Shown: positions 23,078 to 36,881, numbered from the whole stretch's first letter. The stretch: DNA of 63,587 nucleotides, filler included, from Pelomyxa schiedti (GCA_020536535.1; 13 parts of 13 records of this genome joined end to end with filler, not necessarily neighbours in it); one strand, 5' to 3'. Notes: generated by a model not told the origin, from the letters alone. Numbers and translations: made by a program.

Positions 23078-23191
23078 CAATGCGTGTCGCGGTTGGCTCC
23101 TTGTTTTTAAAGTTGAAGACCATGATGCACAACTTGTCGGCGAATGCAGGTGAACATCGTGAACATCGAAATCTCACAACGGAATTTAAGG

Positions 23192-24424
23192 ATGATCCCG
23201 AGTAGGGTGGTAGCCATCGCGACGTGCGGGTCGCAGTTCTGTGCGCTCATGGCGTCGTCGCTGCCCCGCTGCGGGGCGCGCAGTCCAGCCCGCCACGTAT
23301 CCTCCGACGCGCCCCTCATGCGGTCGTGGTGGCGCCGCTTCGTGCTCGAACCGTCGCGCCCCTTCGTGCTCGTCATGGATAAGCACAACTGGGATCATCT
23401 TCAGGATGATTCCGACGACGAAACGTGCAGTGGCAGCGGCGAGGAGGATGAATCGGGTTTCATAACAGTGTCGTTTGGAGTGTCACCTGTGACGCTGGGA
23501 TTGACGCATGGGCCAAGGGAGCTTCTTGTGGCGCGCGTCGGCAACACGGACCGCAAGTGGGTGGCTCCTGATTTGTGCATGTCTGTTGTGACTGATGATT
23601 ACGGAACCTCAATGGCGCTGCTGGCTCCGCCGTCGTGGGAACAGGTTGGGTGTGTTGCTTCGCACCTGAGCAAGTTCACTTATGATGCGAATGGCAAGTG
23701 GCTTGTTCTCCTGGAATACCTTGCCAGTGGGGAATTTATCACCATCAAAAGCACTAGACTGCGTTGTGGCACTGATGGGGCTTCTGGTGTTGGTGTTCCG
23801 TTTCCACTGAGGCCTGTTGAGCGCGCCCATGACTACGTGGTGATGAACCCAGCCATTGCTGATGAGGCCTTGATCATGAGAACCACTCCAGGAGGAGGAG
23901 TTAACTTCGTGTTGTTTGATGTGGCCCAGACAACCTCTTCACGCCAACTAAGTGTCCTGTTCTCTGCACATTGCTCAGTTACATCTGCATTGACCATACC
24001 TGTTGCCATCACAAGGAAAAGAACCGGCGAAGTTGTGTTCATTGTCACGGTTCGATTTTTCGGAGCACCTTATACTTGTGCATGTTGGGTTGAGGCTTCC
24101 ACTGGCCAAAGCAAAGAGATTACGTCATCAGAGTGCACCACCATTTCACAGGTGAGTTCGTCACTGTTTGGCTTGTGGTTCAGCAGCTTGCGGTTTGAAT
24201 TGTGGGATTGCAACAACCCTGCAAAACCACTGAGGAATGTAGATTGCACGGCAATGAACCTTAATATAAGGAAGTTCCCACAACTTCCTTGTGGCCATGG
24301 ATTCCTGTTTGCACTCAGTGGGGACAAGGTTACTGTGATTGAGGTGACTTCAGGGGTTGTTGTTCTCACAATCGAGGCACCATACAACCTCGATTGGATT
24401 GACACCGATTCCTCCTTGTTGTGA
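23192..24424 (+). CDS. QF-RCG-SP family protein, head-to-head paralog of 21797..23077
   Basis: TCGSQFCALMASSLPRCGARSPARH...ANGKWLV...VIEVTSGVVVLTI; colinear with its neighbour over the whole length. Confidence 0.88.
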   Translation: MIPSRVVAIATCGSQFCALMASSLPRCGARSPARHVSSDAPLMRSWWRRFVLEPSRPFVLVMDKHNWDHLQDDSDDETCSGSGEEDESGFITVSFGVSPVTLGLTHGPRELLVARVGNTDRKWVAPDLCMSVVTDDYGTSMALLAPPSWEQVGCVASHLSKFTYDANGKWLVLLEYLASGEFITIKSTRLRCGTDGASGVGVPFPLRPVERAHDYVVMNPAIADEALIMRTTPGGGVNFVLFDVAQTTSSRQLSVLFSAHCSVTSALTIPVAITRKRTGEVVFIVTVRFFGAPYTCACWVEASTGQSKEITSSECTTISQVSSSLFGLWFSSLRFELWDCNNPAKPLRNVDCTAMNLNIRKFPQLPCGHGFLFALSGDKVTVIEVTSGVVVLTIEAPYNLDWIDTDSSLL

Positions 24425-24454
24425 TCTTCTGTAATCTTGGTGTTCAGAACTGAC

Positions 24455-24827
24455 TGTGTGATTCAGTGAATCCACAGGCAAACTCTTCAATGCAAACTGT
24501 GTTAGCTTCTGTGAGCTCGAGAATAAGCCCCACAGAGGAAGAAAGCGAGTGAGAGTGAAGAGAATAAAGGGTTCTCTTGTTTGTTCTCGTCGTTGTTGTA
24601 AAGGGATAAAAAGGGAGTGTGTAAAATCTCGCAGAGTGGTTAATAAAAGGCTGCGATGTTCAAATGGATTCTCGGACAAGTGTGCATGTAATCAAAACCG
24701 CCTGCCACGCTGAATTTGTGTTTTTAATGGTCCAGATTCGGCTCAGTCCTCAGTCTCTCCAATCCCGCTAAAGTTCTCCAGACTTCAGAGCCTTGCGAGC
24801 AAGACCAAGTTCGTGTACTTGGTGGAA
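24455..24827. mobile_element. Dispersed repeat; deleted copy of the 41.3/42.3-kb fold-back arm
   Basis: 24499-24827 matches 41279-41671; 24456-24500 is the reverse complement of 44562-44606. Confidence 0.85.
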
Positions 24828-25088
24828 CGTGATTTCGAATCACACCCAGAGTGGGTTCCAAGCTGTTCCCAAAGGGTGGTCTCAAAATGTGAAAAAACAC
24901 TACCCAAGTGGAGAAGGTGGAGGTAAAATCACAATGGGCTCGATGTGGGNNNNNNNNNNNNNNNNNNNNNNNNNNNNNNNNNNNNNNNNNNNNTTAATTA
25001 ATTAANNNNNNNNNNNNNNNNNNNNNNNNNNNNNNNNNNNNNNNNNNNNAGATGCACATCTTTTCGCCTGCCCAATGAACATCTTCTA

Positions 25089-25845
25089 ATGCACATTGTC
25101 ATTGTTGCGCGGGACCAGTTCGTCGCCATCGCCGTTGTCGCGATTTTGGGAAGATGTGCAGCACGCAGCCCTGCCCGTTTTCTTTCACTCTCTGGCTCAC
25201 CGTCCTGGTCGCGGCCGCGATTGGATCGTATGCTCCCACAATTTGTTAGACGTGCAGCTCAGCACGTGGGACAGATATTACGAAACGCACGTGGTTGTGT
25301 CTTTTGGCCTGTCACTGACACTGGGTGCTGTGACACACGCAAAGGTCACACAAATACACAACAATGAGTTGATTGGGTGGGTTGGGGACATATGGGGACA
25401 CACAGGCATGCTGTGGTGTCGGACTGGCCCCCAGACCGTATTCTTCCAAACTTGGTTGTTAGGGACATGACCGGTGGGTTTACAGTCATCAAAATATAGC
25501 CATTGCCCCTGTGGGTCATAAAAAAAGCCAAGTTTTCATCACCAATGCACTGGTGCCCCACATGCCCATGTGGGAGTTGGACACTCACACAACCTGTATC
25601 AAACATCACTGTGGGGCAAATACAGGCTCACTTTCGATTTTTCTCCTGAGCTCACTACCAAGACAACTCAGGTCAAGATAGGCAGGTCAATGTTCCCTTT
25701 GGCAATGTTTTCCATGTTGAGGGCCCTTTCTTTGGTGTCATCCCGTTCACAGGTGAAAGTGCCACCGAGGTCTGGGACATTAGACATCCTGAAAAGGGAT
25801 GCATCTGTGTGCACAGAAGGGGTGCTGTGTCACATTCATCGATGA
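25089..25845 (+). pseudogene. Frameshifted QF-RCG-SP family member
   Basis: VARDQFVAI...RCAARSPAR in one frame; GRDWIV...FGLSLTLGAV...LIGWVG in another; further stops downstream. Confidence 0.7.
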
Positions 25846-26302
25846 ACTTCGGTTTTGGGGCCACCGAGGTGACGACAAGAGAGAACAAAAAAAAGATCAG
25901 AGACAATACAGTCTAAGTTTAGAAACATGTCTTCCTTCATACTCCCATTAAGTCATCATATCATATTCCTGGGTTCCCCTTGAGCTACTCTTTCCAGGTC
26001 TCACAGGTTCTGATCGCAGGAAACAAATTGTGGGTTTGTTCACCGAAGCCCAAAGATTCGCCCTGGAAAGGACACACCGGATGGCTGCCACCAACGCCTC
26101 GCGAATCAAGTCGCCCAGGGACTCATGGTGCACCAAGTTGCTNNNNNNNNNNNNNNNNNNNNNNNNNNNNNNNNNNNNNNNNNNNNTTAATTAATTAANN
26201 NNNNNNNNNNNNNNNNNNNNNNNNNNNNNNNNNNNNNNNNNNAGCGATTCGAAAAGAACAAAAAAAAAAAAAAGAAAAAAATCCAAGCGCCACTGTTATA
26301 CC

Positions 26303-26374
26303 AGGCTTGTCCGCAATAGCAATGTCGAAGTACGTCCGCGGGTTGACCTTCTTTTTGCCTGTTGTCTTCGTCAT
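26303..26374 (-). CDS. Cyclophilin-type PPIase, first exon only (cut by linker)
   Basis: MTKTTGKKKVNPRTYFDIAIADKP followed by a GT donor; matches the cyclophilin N-terminus NPRVYFDI. Confidence 0.7.
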
Positions 26375-26493
26375 TCTAGGACTCCCCCACTACCTCCGGG
26401 TCACCTCTGGGGTTGGTATTTTTTTTTTGTTTGTTTTGCTTTTGTTTCGATGAAAAAGAAACGGAAAAAGAAATAAATTAGAAACTTAGAACT

Positions 26494-28813
26494 CTAGAAG
26501 AAAGCGGAGGGGTTTGTGGCGAAGGCGGCCAAGACGTCCCAGTTGGGCACTCCCATTCCTGTCATTGGGTCCCATTTGGAGGTCGTGGCAAAGCTGTATG
26601 GGCAGCAGCCGTGTGATTGCTGCTGGCACTGCGTGATGTCTGTTGTGGTTCAGTGTTACTGGGTAGGGTTGTGCTGGGGATGTGTGTGTTGGAGGGGGGT
26701 GGAAAAGGATCATACCAGAGAAGGCTCCATAGTTGTAGGCTTCATATAAAAGAGGATTCACCCAGCCGAGAGAAGTCTGTCCTTTGGCGAATCGGAGGCT
26801 GTTGATGAGGGAAAGCATTGCTGCAAACTACAGACGGTTAAGGCGTAATCTTGGTTGGGGTGATAGCTGACCGTGGGTGTAGACGCACTAGTGCCGGCAA
26901 CACTCCTGTTTGCTCCACCACAGATCACAGAAAAGCTAGTCGAAATGGTTGAGAGATCCGGGTATCCACGTCCAGAAGTGTTGTAGAATGAAGATGGCGG
27001 AAGGTCAGGATTGCTAAGGTAGTTCTGCACTGTAATAGTCGAAAGGGAAAACCGTCAGAGATGAAAAGTGAGTATGGCATTTACCCAGAGTGTCTTGATA
27101 CGAAGGTCTGCTGAAATAATCGGAAAACCCACCTCCTGAGAAATAAACTCCTACCTCATTTTGCAAGGTATTCAAGGTTGTTCCACCTAGGTTAGAACGT
27201 AAACGTCGGATTTTTGTAACTAGGAAAGGAAAACTACCCAAAGCAACAACATAAGGAGACCCAGCAGGGAAAAGAGGAGTAAACCTGGTGCACACACCCA
27301 CAGTACAACCAACACCTCCGTCCCCACTAGCCAAAACAAAGGTGGATCCTGAGGCGGTATACTTTCGTTGTAAGTGTTAGATCTTAGAGTGAGCTTGGAC
27401 TGTAGAACCTTCATGATCTCTTCATTGACTCTGTTTGCGTAATCCAGGTCAACAGTAGGCTCGTAATCGCCATAACTGATTGAGAATACCCAAGGCACTG
27501 CAAGGTGTCACAATCTTAGTTTCAGACACATAAGAAACGCACGTGTTGTTTGAGTCTCGAGAGTAGCGAACCAATCAAGCCATGGTTCATTGTCAATGGT
27601 AGTGTTAGGCATTCGACCAGGTGTATAATAGACCCAGGTGTCAACCGTTTCAGAAACACCTGTACGCTCTCAACTTGCTGAAGGATTTTCTCAACAAGGA
27701 CATACCCATTAAATACTAGGAAAATATATTAGAGGTGTAAGTAAAGGGAAGGGAGAAACCTGAACGTCAAGAGACGCTTCCACCCCTGGAGTTGACTGGT
27801 CATTTGTACCCCAATTGACAGGCTGTGTTCCAAGCATTGACTGTTCGTAGTAAGAGAAGAACGTCTGCAAATCACTGTTGCTCCAATATTGCTCCAGGAA
27901 AGAAACCACTGCCTAGAAGATTGTTAAGAAAAAAAAGTGGATAGACATCAGTAGGGATACTTGCAAATTTCCTTCTACACTTGAAGGGACTGTAACAGAA
28001 TACATATCACGGATATATTGTGGAGTAATAGAAGTAACTACTGCTTGTATTTCAATGGGCTTCTTTGGGCCTGAAATATGATGTAACATCAGTTATCGTA
28101 ATTTGACGGTGCGCAAGCGCTTACTTGGGAAGCCGGTGAGACCACCAATACAAGAAACATACTCTGCAATTTCACGAGGGATGTGGTATCCGTTAGTACT
28201 TCGGATTATGCGTTCTTTGTGGGTCAAAAGTGAGGTAATAGAACAAGTTCAACCCAATAACCTGGGAAGTCCTGTGACTCGAAGTAGGACAGCTTTGCCG
28301 CAAATAACAGTTCCACAGTGGACGTGGCTGCTCGTACTTTTGCGAAGTCACGACTTGGGCTCATGTGATACTCGATGTGGTGTTGCATGAAAAATCTCTC
28401 AACACTCTCCACCGCACTTGGAAGAGGAGAGGTGAGTGATTGCACTTGTGTGCGGCTCATATGATGACCTACATAAAAGAGGGGATTAAATACAAGGAGG
28501 AAATAGAAACTCAAACAGCACCGTAGTTTGGTGAGTGGGGGTCTGAAATGTAATCCAAAAATCTCTGCATGGCATTACAAAAAAAAAAGGGGGGGCAGCA
28601 TCAGAATGCTCGTACCTTCAACTGTGGTACATTGTTCAAAGAAAGTGCTACAGTGAGAGAGATCTGCCAACAAATTCAGTAGACGCACCAACTATTAGGC
28701 AGAATAACCTCTCTATCAGGTTCAACAGGACCGGACGCCTGCCACGTAGCATACACCACGGAGCACAAAACCGTGGAAACTAAGATCCGCACAACAGATG
28801 CGTTGAAACTCAT
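26494..28813 (-). CDS. TPP1: Sedolisin / tripeptidyl-peptidase I (peptidase S53), multi-exon, with signal peptide
   Basis: MSFNASVVRILVSTVLCSVVYA; FLEQY, GVEASLDVQ, SISYG, ASGDGG, FPAGSPYV, SGGGFS, GRGYPD, GTSASTP and WDPMTGMGVPN in order. Confidence 0.92.
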
Positions 28814-30982
28814 GAGTTTGGTTTGTTTGGTTTTTCGTTTGGTGTGCGAAATTGATCGCCGGGAGCCTTTCCGGACTGGACATTTGGGGACATTGGGGGC
28901 TCAGAAGCCCACAACTTCACTAGCCACAACTGCTGCCGCACCCCATTGATTCTCCTGTACCAGTTCTATTCAACACAAGTCACATTCATCAAAATGGCAG
29001 CCATCAGATTCCGAAACCAAAATAGACGAAGGAACCCTGGCCGGCAAGCACGAATATGCATCAATTGGCTGATTAAAAAAAACATCGGCTGAACGACTAT
29101 ACCGAAAATGACAGCGTACCGCACGTTGATTATTTTCAATGAAACCGGGTTTTTCTTCTTGAAAACCACCTTTTCGCAGGTAGCGGGGTTGTCTCGTCAA
29201 AGCGGGGGCGTTGCGGCTGTCGTGCAGTTTGCATTTTTATTCTTTTCTGTCTCCCAAAGATCTAGTGCTTGTTTACATGCGTCGAGATCTTCGCGCTTTA
29301 GCCATGTTGCGGCTGCCAAGGGAAAACCAACCCATTTAACACGGTACAATGTCTCTCCGTTGTAGTCTATTCCTTCACCTACTATGCGCTCGACTTCATA
29401 TCGGNNNNNNNNNNNNNNNNNNNNNNNNNNNNNNNNNNNNNNNNNNNNTTAATTAATTAANNNNNNNNNNNNNNNNNNNNNNNNNNNNNNNNNNNNNNNN
29501 NNNNATATTGTGTGGATAGAAAATTTATTGAGATATAAAAGTATATATAAAATATTAACTCGAAACTTGTCAATTCAGATGAGGCTGATCGTGGACACAA
29601 TGTGGAGACAATCAACGGGAATATCGCACACCGAGCTGTCGAACCACGTCCTCGGTGGATCGTGGGTCAAATGGAGTTTGAACACAAGTAATTCCTCCCT
29701 TCCCCTCAGTCAGCAACCAACACGCTTTCCACCAACTTAAATAACGAGATTCAATAGAAGCCGCATGCTCCAAGTGCAATGGGAAAAACGGGGAACCAGC
29801 GGAAATTTCACTGTGGAGTCTGCCAGATATCACAACCAGCTTTGACGTTCATTCTCACTCGCAGGAGGTGATTACTTTTCACATCACTCCAAAGTGTTCT
29901 TCCACCAGGTTGCTAAACTCACTATTTCTTATTTTTTGTTTACAACAAACACTTTTGTTTTATTCTCACACCGGGCAGATCGCACATCAAGTCTAAGATC
30001 GTTTACCTCGTGACCACGATTCCTGGCATTGGTGCTTTCTCATCCAACTCCATCTCATTGTGCTCGAGAGCTCGCAACCACTGCAACCAACTCCGGTTGT
30101 CAGGTCCCCTCAGATTGCTCCGACCCTCTCCAACTGCGCCACGACCACAACAACACCCACACCTGTCCACCAAACACGGCCACGCCACAACCGCAGCACC
30201 GGGACCAGTCCGGCAGGAATACACGAGTGCACTGGCACATGTTAAAGGCACACTGGAGCTTGTATCTCTCAAAACCACATCAAACAGGCAATGCATTGTG
30301 GACAGCCGGTTCATTCCAAAGCGTGTGTTCTGAACAATCTCGCAAAAACAAACACAGCCACGCATTTCCATCCTCACACCCACTCTAACCTAAACACAGT
30401 TCCGGAATCAACAATTGCAGGAATACCGGAACGAATATCCCGAAGTACGTACACCTTGAATTCAATCTCCTTTTAAGCTCACTCTTGATGGTCTGAACAT
30501 TTTTTGTTAATTTCTGCAAAAACACACAGGGCCGGCGATTTTTGTTTCCATAATGTCAATTCAAGAAGAGAACTTCCTCACTCTATTCAAAGCACTGAGT
30601 GATTTCCAGTCTTCATTGGAGTTTACTGTTCAGTACGGGAAGATATCAAGTAAGTAATAAAAATCCTGCGTCTCTCTCACCAACATTCAGACAACCTCTT
30701 TGTTCTGGCAACCATTCACAAATCCGTGGAGAATTTCTGTTACGGGAGCGATTTGCGGTCCGAGTTCATCACTGGAAACAACCCATTCCACGTGGACTTC
30801 TCACAACCAAACCCAATCCTCAAATTTGTCGGCTGGGCCAACAACACATTCTCCCAAACTCAATTCTTCTGAACCAACTCAGNNNNNNNNNNNNNNNNNN
30901 NNNNNNNNNNNNNNNNNNNNNNNNNNTTAATTAATTAANNNNNNNNNNNNNNNNNNNNNNNNNNNNNNNNNNNNNNNNNNNN

Positions 30983-31984
30983 CCCTGTGGTGGAAATACC
31001 CAGTTGTGCCTTTTCCCCGCTCTGATGTCGATTGTACTTGTTGCCTGTCTTTACTCACGGAACTGAAAGAGAAGCTCTCTAGTCTCCTTGTTTCTGGTTT
31101 GGAGGCCCCATCGTCATCTGGATGTTCATCATCGTCATGGTTTTCTTCGCTGTCCCCCATCTTGACAACCCCACCTTGCATTTTTTGTACTACTCTTGGC
31201 TTCTTTGGGGTTGGTGCGCCAGCTTTCTCACCGCCGCTGCTCTGAACTTGGTTCCTGAGGCCCCCAGCGGCATTAGCTCTAGCACGCTTTCGCGGAACTG
31301 CTGGAGGGGGTGACTGCAGAGCTGCTGGTCCCTGTTAGGTTATGATAAGTGGGTGGGTGCACTGGAAATGTTCCTTCCTGTTTTCTAGGAATTGAGTGTA
31401 GTGGCAGGAGGGAGAAGGTGGGGTGGGGTGAGGTGAAGGGAACGGCACCTTTTTAGTCCCTGAATCCCCAGATGCCTTCACAGCGGCTTTCTTTGGTTTC
31501 TTTCCGCCAGTGTGGTTGGTGTCAGTGTCGTCGTCGTCGTCGTCGCAGCAGCAGCTGGCGTCGTCACTGTAACTCGAGTCACTCTGGGACGAGCCGGCAC
31601 TATAGCTACTGTCACTCCCACTCCCACTCCCACTTTCGCTCTCACTCTCCTCCCTGCCCCCGCCGCCCCCGCCGCCGCGGTGCACAACCCCCCTCCGAGA
31701 GTTGGTGGGGGCTGCGCGGCTCCCCCTGCTGCTGCTGCTGGTTCCTCCCTTCCATCCTGCTCCTCTCCCCCTTTCCCCGGGACCTCCTCCTCGCCCACGC
31801 CCGTTGTTGGTGGTTCGCTGGCCCTGTTGGTGTTCCAGCTGGGCGTCGGCGGTTGTGTGTGGCTCGCGGTCTGCTGCTGCTGCTGCTGGGGCAACGGGGT
31901 GTGCCGACGACGAGGAGGAGGAAGGTGGGGACCTCCTAGCGGACCAGGGCACCCTCCCTGGGCCTCGTGGTGGTGGCGCTCCCC
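30983..31984 (-). CDS. Internal fragment of a low-complexity Ser/Asp/Lys-rich protein
   Basis: Open frames 31335..31952 and 30927..31181 with acidic/Ser tracts and a probable intron; both ends cut by linkers. Confidence 0.45.
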
Positions 31985-32275
31985 NNNNNNNNNNNNNNNN
32001 NNNNNNNNNNNNNNNNNNNNNNNNNNNNTTAATTAATTAANNNNNNNNNNNNNNNNNNNNNNNNNNNNNNNNNNNNNNNNNNNNGGGGGTGGTTGTGGCA
32101 GTGGGTTCCAAAGGGCTCCTGTTGGGATTGCGTGGTGCGATGCGAGATTCGGCTCCCACAATGTTGTGGGTTGTTGTTGTTGTTGGTGTTGGTGGTGTTG
32201 GGAAAATACGGCGGTCTCAAGGTCTTTAACCTGGATGTTATTAAGTAGAGTGATGCGAGTATTGTAATGCTTCTA

Positions 32276-35200
32276 TTAATCAGAACCTACCGATTTACGT
32301 GCGGTGAGCTGTGGCCTGGTACCAGTAACTTCAGGAGCAATACTTGGTTGCATTGATGTCCGTTTTTCGGGTCCCTGTTTGATCTTGATCAAAGCTGAGG
32401 TGAATGAGAAAGGAACTGGGGGTAGATGGAAAACCAGACCTAGTATTTGTCCGGCCTTTCTTTGGACCATCGGGTTGTCAGTGCACTCAACTGTTCCCTC
32501 CAGAATATTTTGCAGGTTAGCCAGCAGAGAAGCCTCAATGTTCCGGAGTATCATTGGATCTGTGGCCCAATTAGAACCCTAAAGCAACTGCTTCGAAGGA
32601 ACTTTGCTCAATAATCGGCAAGAGAAGTGACACTAAAATATCTGGCTTGCACGAAACGGAAAGGACACTCGTCAGAAACTTCTCATTGGAAATAAGCCGT
32701 AGAGCACATTTATCTGATTAAGGTTTAAAATTTGAACAAAACGGGCATAAATTGGAGCAAGTTACTTTGACTGGGTTTAAGGGTAACGGCAAGTTGCATC
32801 AACTGGGGGGAAGTTAGGAAGTTTTGTGAATCAGGAAAACTACCTTGGCGTGATTGAACAAAAATGGAGGATGCAACTGGTATCTCACGCGTAAACCAGG
32901 TTTTTCTGCTCCCACACAGAAGTTGAACACGGATTGTGGCGAAATTGTTCCAGCTTTGCACATCTCCCCAAGGTAGTAACCATCAAGTGTGAAGTATATG
33001 GAGCCATCTCCAAGAACGCCAACTCCGACAGTGTGAGCCACCCCAAACTGTGGTCCACAAGCTTTCTTAGAATAAAGATCCTCCCCAGTTCCTCTTACTG
33101 CACTGTAAACCTGAAATGCGATCAGAGAACCAAACCTACGGGAACAGCGAATGGTACCTTGCCATTGTGACTGTGGATAGCAACTGATCTGTTTCAGGTG
33201 TTAGATTTGATACTCGGATCAGCACTTACTCTGGAAAAAATCCGGGAAAAAAGTTCACTGGAGGCATGTCTCTGCTAGAGAGTTCTTTGCATACTCCGAC
33301 AGCACACCGTATCCTGAGAAACTGTGTTGGCAGTGCATACTTGGAAATTATTCACACCTGGATTTCTCTTTGAGGATGCTAACTTCAGCATAGAATTGCG
33401 TGGCTCGGAGGTTTTTCCCCTCCAAAAGAGTGAAAGAGCAAACAATCGCTGTTGCCATGGAACTTGTGGGTTGCTTGTGAAGGTGGGATCTTCATAACGA
33501 GTGAGGCAGATCTTACACAAAATACAATTTCTTGTGACTTGAGAGAATGTTTAAAGTCCAACATTGGCTAGAGCTGTGAGATTTCTGCTTAAAGAGGAAA
33601 ACCTTACTTGCTGCAAGTAGTGCCTCACTGGAACAAGATCAAGAGTCAAGTAATCTTAGCCACAAATTACTTGAGAGCACTGACCCGAAGAGAAAAAAAA
33701 GCACACCAAGGTTGGGTGTTTCAGTCTTTGCCTGACAGGTCTTCAAGCAATTACAATATGACACAACATTACGTGGCTGGCTTTGAGTGTGTTTGTGGCC
33801 AAAATGACATCTACCAGTGCTTTCATAAAAAAGACAAGCGAAGAGAAAATGAAACGCACTTCCGATAGCAGGAAATGCAGAAATATTGTGGGTCTTCTCC
33901 AAAACATTGTCGGCATGAGAAGGCTGATTTTGAAACCAACATCCTGCCAGTCACATTAAAAGAGCACATACTTTTTGCTGCTGCTGCTTTCTCCAGTTCA
34001 TCATCTAAAAAAAAAATCTTAGTATTTCTGGAGGGATAACTTACTTACAAGACTCAACCAAGCTGTAAACACAAGTGAGAAATTCATGCAACTTAGGCTG
34101 GTCCGTTTTTACCATAGTCAGCAATTGTTCTATGATTGTGGCTACAACAGGCAAATTAAATTCACAGACAACAAGACTGGGGTCTGAAGTTTGTCAGAGG
34201 AAAAAGGACAGAGCCAAGGTAACCAAATTTCGAATTGCAAAAGCAAACAAAATGCTCGTATAGTAAACTTGTGTCATTTGTCTGGATATATCGGAGGAAG
34301 TGCAGGAGGACATCATTATCTTCAAGGAAGAATCAGCCAACGAGGAACAGTAAGCAAGGATACCTCGAACAACAGGTAAATGGGCATATAAGGTGCAGGT
34401 TGATTGCAAGTGGGGTGGTTCTCTTTCCATCCAGTTTCCAAGGAGAAGTTCTATACCCTCATCTTCGAGATAATGATAGCCTGGAAACTCTAAAAGCATA
34501 AACGAATAAACTGCATGGTCGAGAAAAGTGTTTGCACACCAAGAACCACGATACATAGTAAGGCAGAAACGACTGGAACTAATTTAACTGCAACGCATTC
34601 CCGAAAGAGTGCCATGAGTTTCTTGATACCACCTCCTGCTTTCAACTGGTAAATGGTCTCTCTATAATGGTCTACACATCAGATAAAACTACAGGAAGAG
34701 AGGAGTTTACTTGTTTCCAGGAAAAGAGAAAGCAGTGCCACCACCTGGGGAACTGTGGCAAATGCAAGAGCTCGTTTTTGCTTGGGAAATTAATGGGGGA
34801 AAAAAGAAGGGGATAGGAACCTGCCCCTGCTGTTCATTCAGTGAAGTGCACAACAATTCAATTCCGTGCAATTCAAGGAAACACTTCCGAACCTCTAATT
34901 TGGGGAACATTAACATCACAGAGTTGTATGAAAAGCGCTTACTTGGTTGCTTGCAGTGCTTTCTAAGGTACTCAATCCCTCTACCGCGGAAAACAACATC
35001 ATCCACTTGAAGAGCCGAGATGAATGGCAACAAGTAAGACGCGATTTTAGGTTCTGGCACTGTGGGACAACGATAGACACGTCTCGGTTAAAAAAAAAAA
35101 AAAAAAAAAGGAACCACCTTCATTAAGATTCAACTTTTCCATAGTGAGAACTGTCCACGCTTCAACAACTGCTTCTCTTTGAAGTTCTTTCGCACTTGGT

Positions 35201-36607
35201 CTCTCTTTGGGATTTCTCTGGAGCATCATTTGAAGGATCAAACACACAGAGCGATCCTACAATTTTCATCAAATAGACTCGGTAACGGAGACCCAACACA
35301 CTTCAATTGTATCGAAGAATTCTGGGGTTGGATTGAGAATACCCTGTTGGGATGAGAAGAACTGAAAAAAGAACGGAGCAAATACCTTTGGTGGTGTGCC
35401 TGTGGCGACTGCATATAAGATGCAACCCAGGGACCAAATGTCACACCGGTCTGTGTAAGGTTGCGCAGATAAAACTTCTGGTGACATGAAACAAGGTGTC
35501 CCACAAATAGTTAAATTAAGCTGACCCTTAAAATTAGTCTTGGAAACACCAAAATCGGCTGAAGAAAGAAAATTAGTAACCTGAGTGAAAGGAATGCAAC
35601 AGACATATTTTTACAGATCCCTGTTTGCTTATCAATATGTTGGCTGGTTTAAGGTCTCTATGCAGTATTCCTTTACTCTGTAAAATAACAGCTTTCAGTA
35701 ACTTGTGTGAATTTCAGCATTTATAACCTCAAAGTAAGCCAAGGCATCAAGAAGACCAGTAAACCATTTCATCACAACCTATGAGATGAAGTTCAGAGTA
35801 GAATAATTAATTGAATAACCTCTATCCTGGGTTTTTCTCTGGCAGTATTCTCCAGATAGGTGCCCAGATTCATACCTTCAACAAGCTCCATTACAATACA
35901 CAGAGCATAACTGCCATCAACAGGATTGTGCAACGTAAAGCAGTCATGGAAATGCACAACATTGGGGTGGTCAAGGGTCTTCATGATACTAACCTGGTCA
36001 CGGTTTCAGAATTGTAATGTCAACACACTCACCTCACTGAAACTTGTGTCAAGCTTTCCTTTGTTTTTACAAAAAATTTGTTTCAAAGCCCATTTCTTTC
36101 CCACTGGGTCTGCGACTTTAAAGACTTCCCCAAACGTTCCTTAATTTACTGTTATTGAATGCACAAACCAACAAATAAATAAATAAATAAATCACCCTAG
36201 GGGATGATGGATTCAGGCATCATCCTTTTAGATTATTGTAGCTCCCCAGTTTAAACCAATAAATAAAAAAGGGGAAAAAAAAAAAAACAACCTCTGCCCA
36301 AGGACGATAATACAGAATACACGACCGGGGGATTCACTTCTGTGTTTATTATCTCAGTCATAGCACCCCTAAAAGTTGGCAGTTCTGGCACCAGCACGTT
36401 GTTGACAACAGCATTCCCCGGTTGTTGTGCTGCTGGTTGTGCCTGTGCTTGCTGTTGCTGTGGCTGTGGCTGTAGCTGTTGCTGTGGCTGTGGTTGCGGT
36501 TGCGGTTGTGGGGGTGCACAAGGGGGGTTGGAGGACCCTCGCCGATTACGCGGTTCCCCGGTTGGCGGGGGTGTGTGGCCGGACGTTTGGCTTTGCTCCG
36601 ATCCCAT
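32276..36607 (-). CDS. NEK-like Ser/Thr kinase with N-myristoylation motif, helical middle region and SPRY-like C-terminal domain (many introns; 3' end uncertain)
   Basis: MGSEQS; LGRG|TFGEVFKV, ALKQI, HPNVVHF, HRDLKPANILI, DFGVSK, GTPCFMSPE, DIWSLGCILY; VGVGVLGDGSIYFTLDGYYLG resembles SPRY. Confidence 0.8.
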
Positions 36608-36881
36608 AATGGCTGTTGCGTGCTGGGGCTAGGGGTGGCACAAAAAGGGCTCCTTTTTTTTTTTTTTTTTTTATTGTTCACAACGCCGGGTTTCGTCACC
36701 CTGTGTGTCTGTCATTTTGCTTGTTTGGTGGAACCCAACTTGATCCTGGACCTCCAACAATTGTACAGTTTGTTGTTCTGACTGAACCGCAACGGAAGAA
36801 GTTCTTCCGAGTGTGAAGGTATCAGACATTCTTATGATTTTTTATTCTTTTGTCTGGTATGGGCGTTGTTGATCGGAATTC

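Noticed and set aside
29505-30882. Possible multi-exon minus-strand gene
   Set aside because: Splice-like sites are present, but I could not assemble a consistent frame or recognise a domain.
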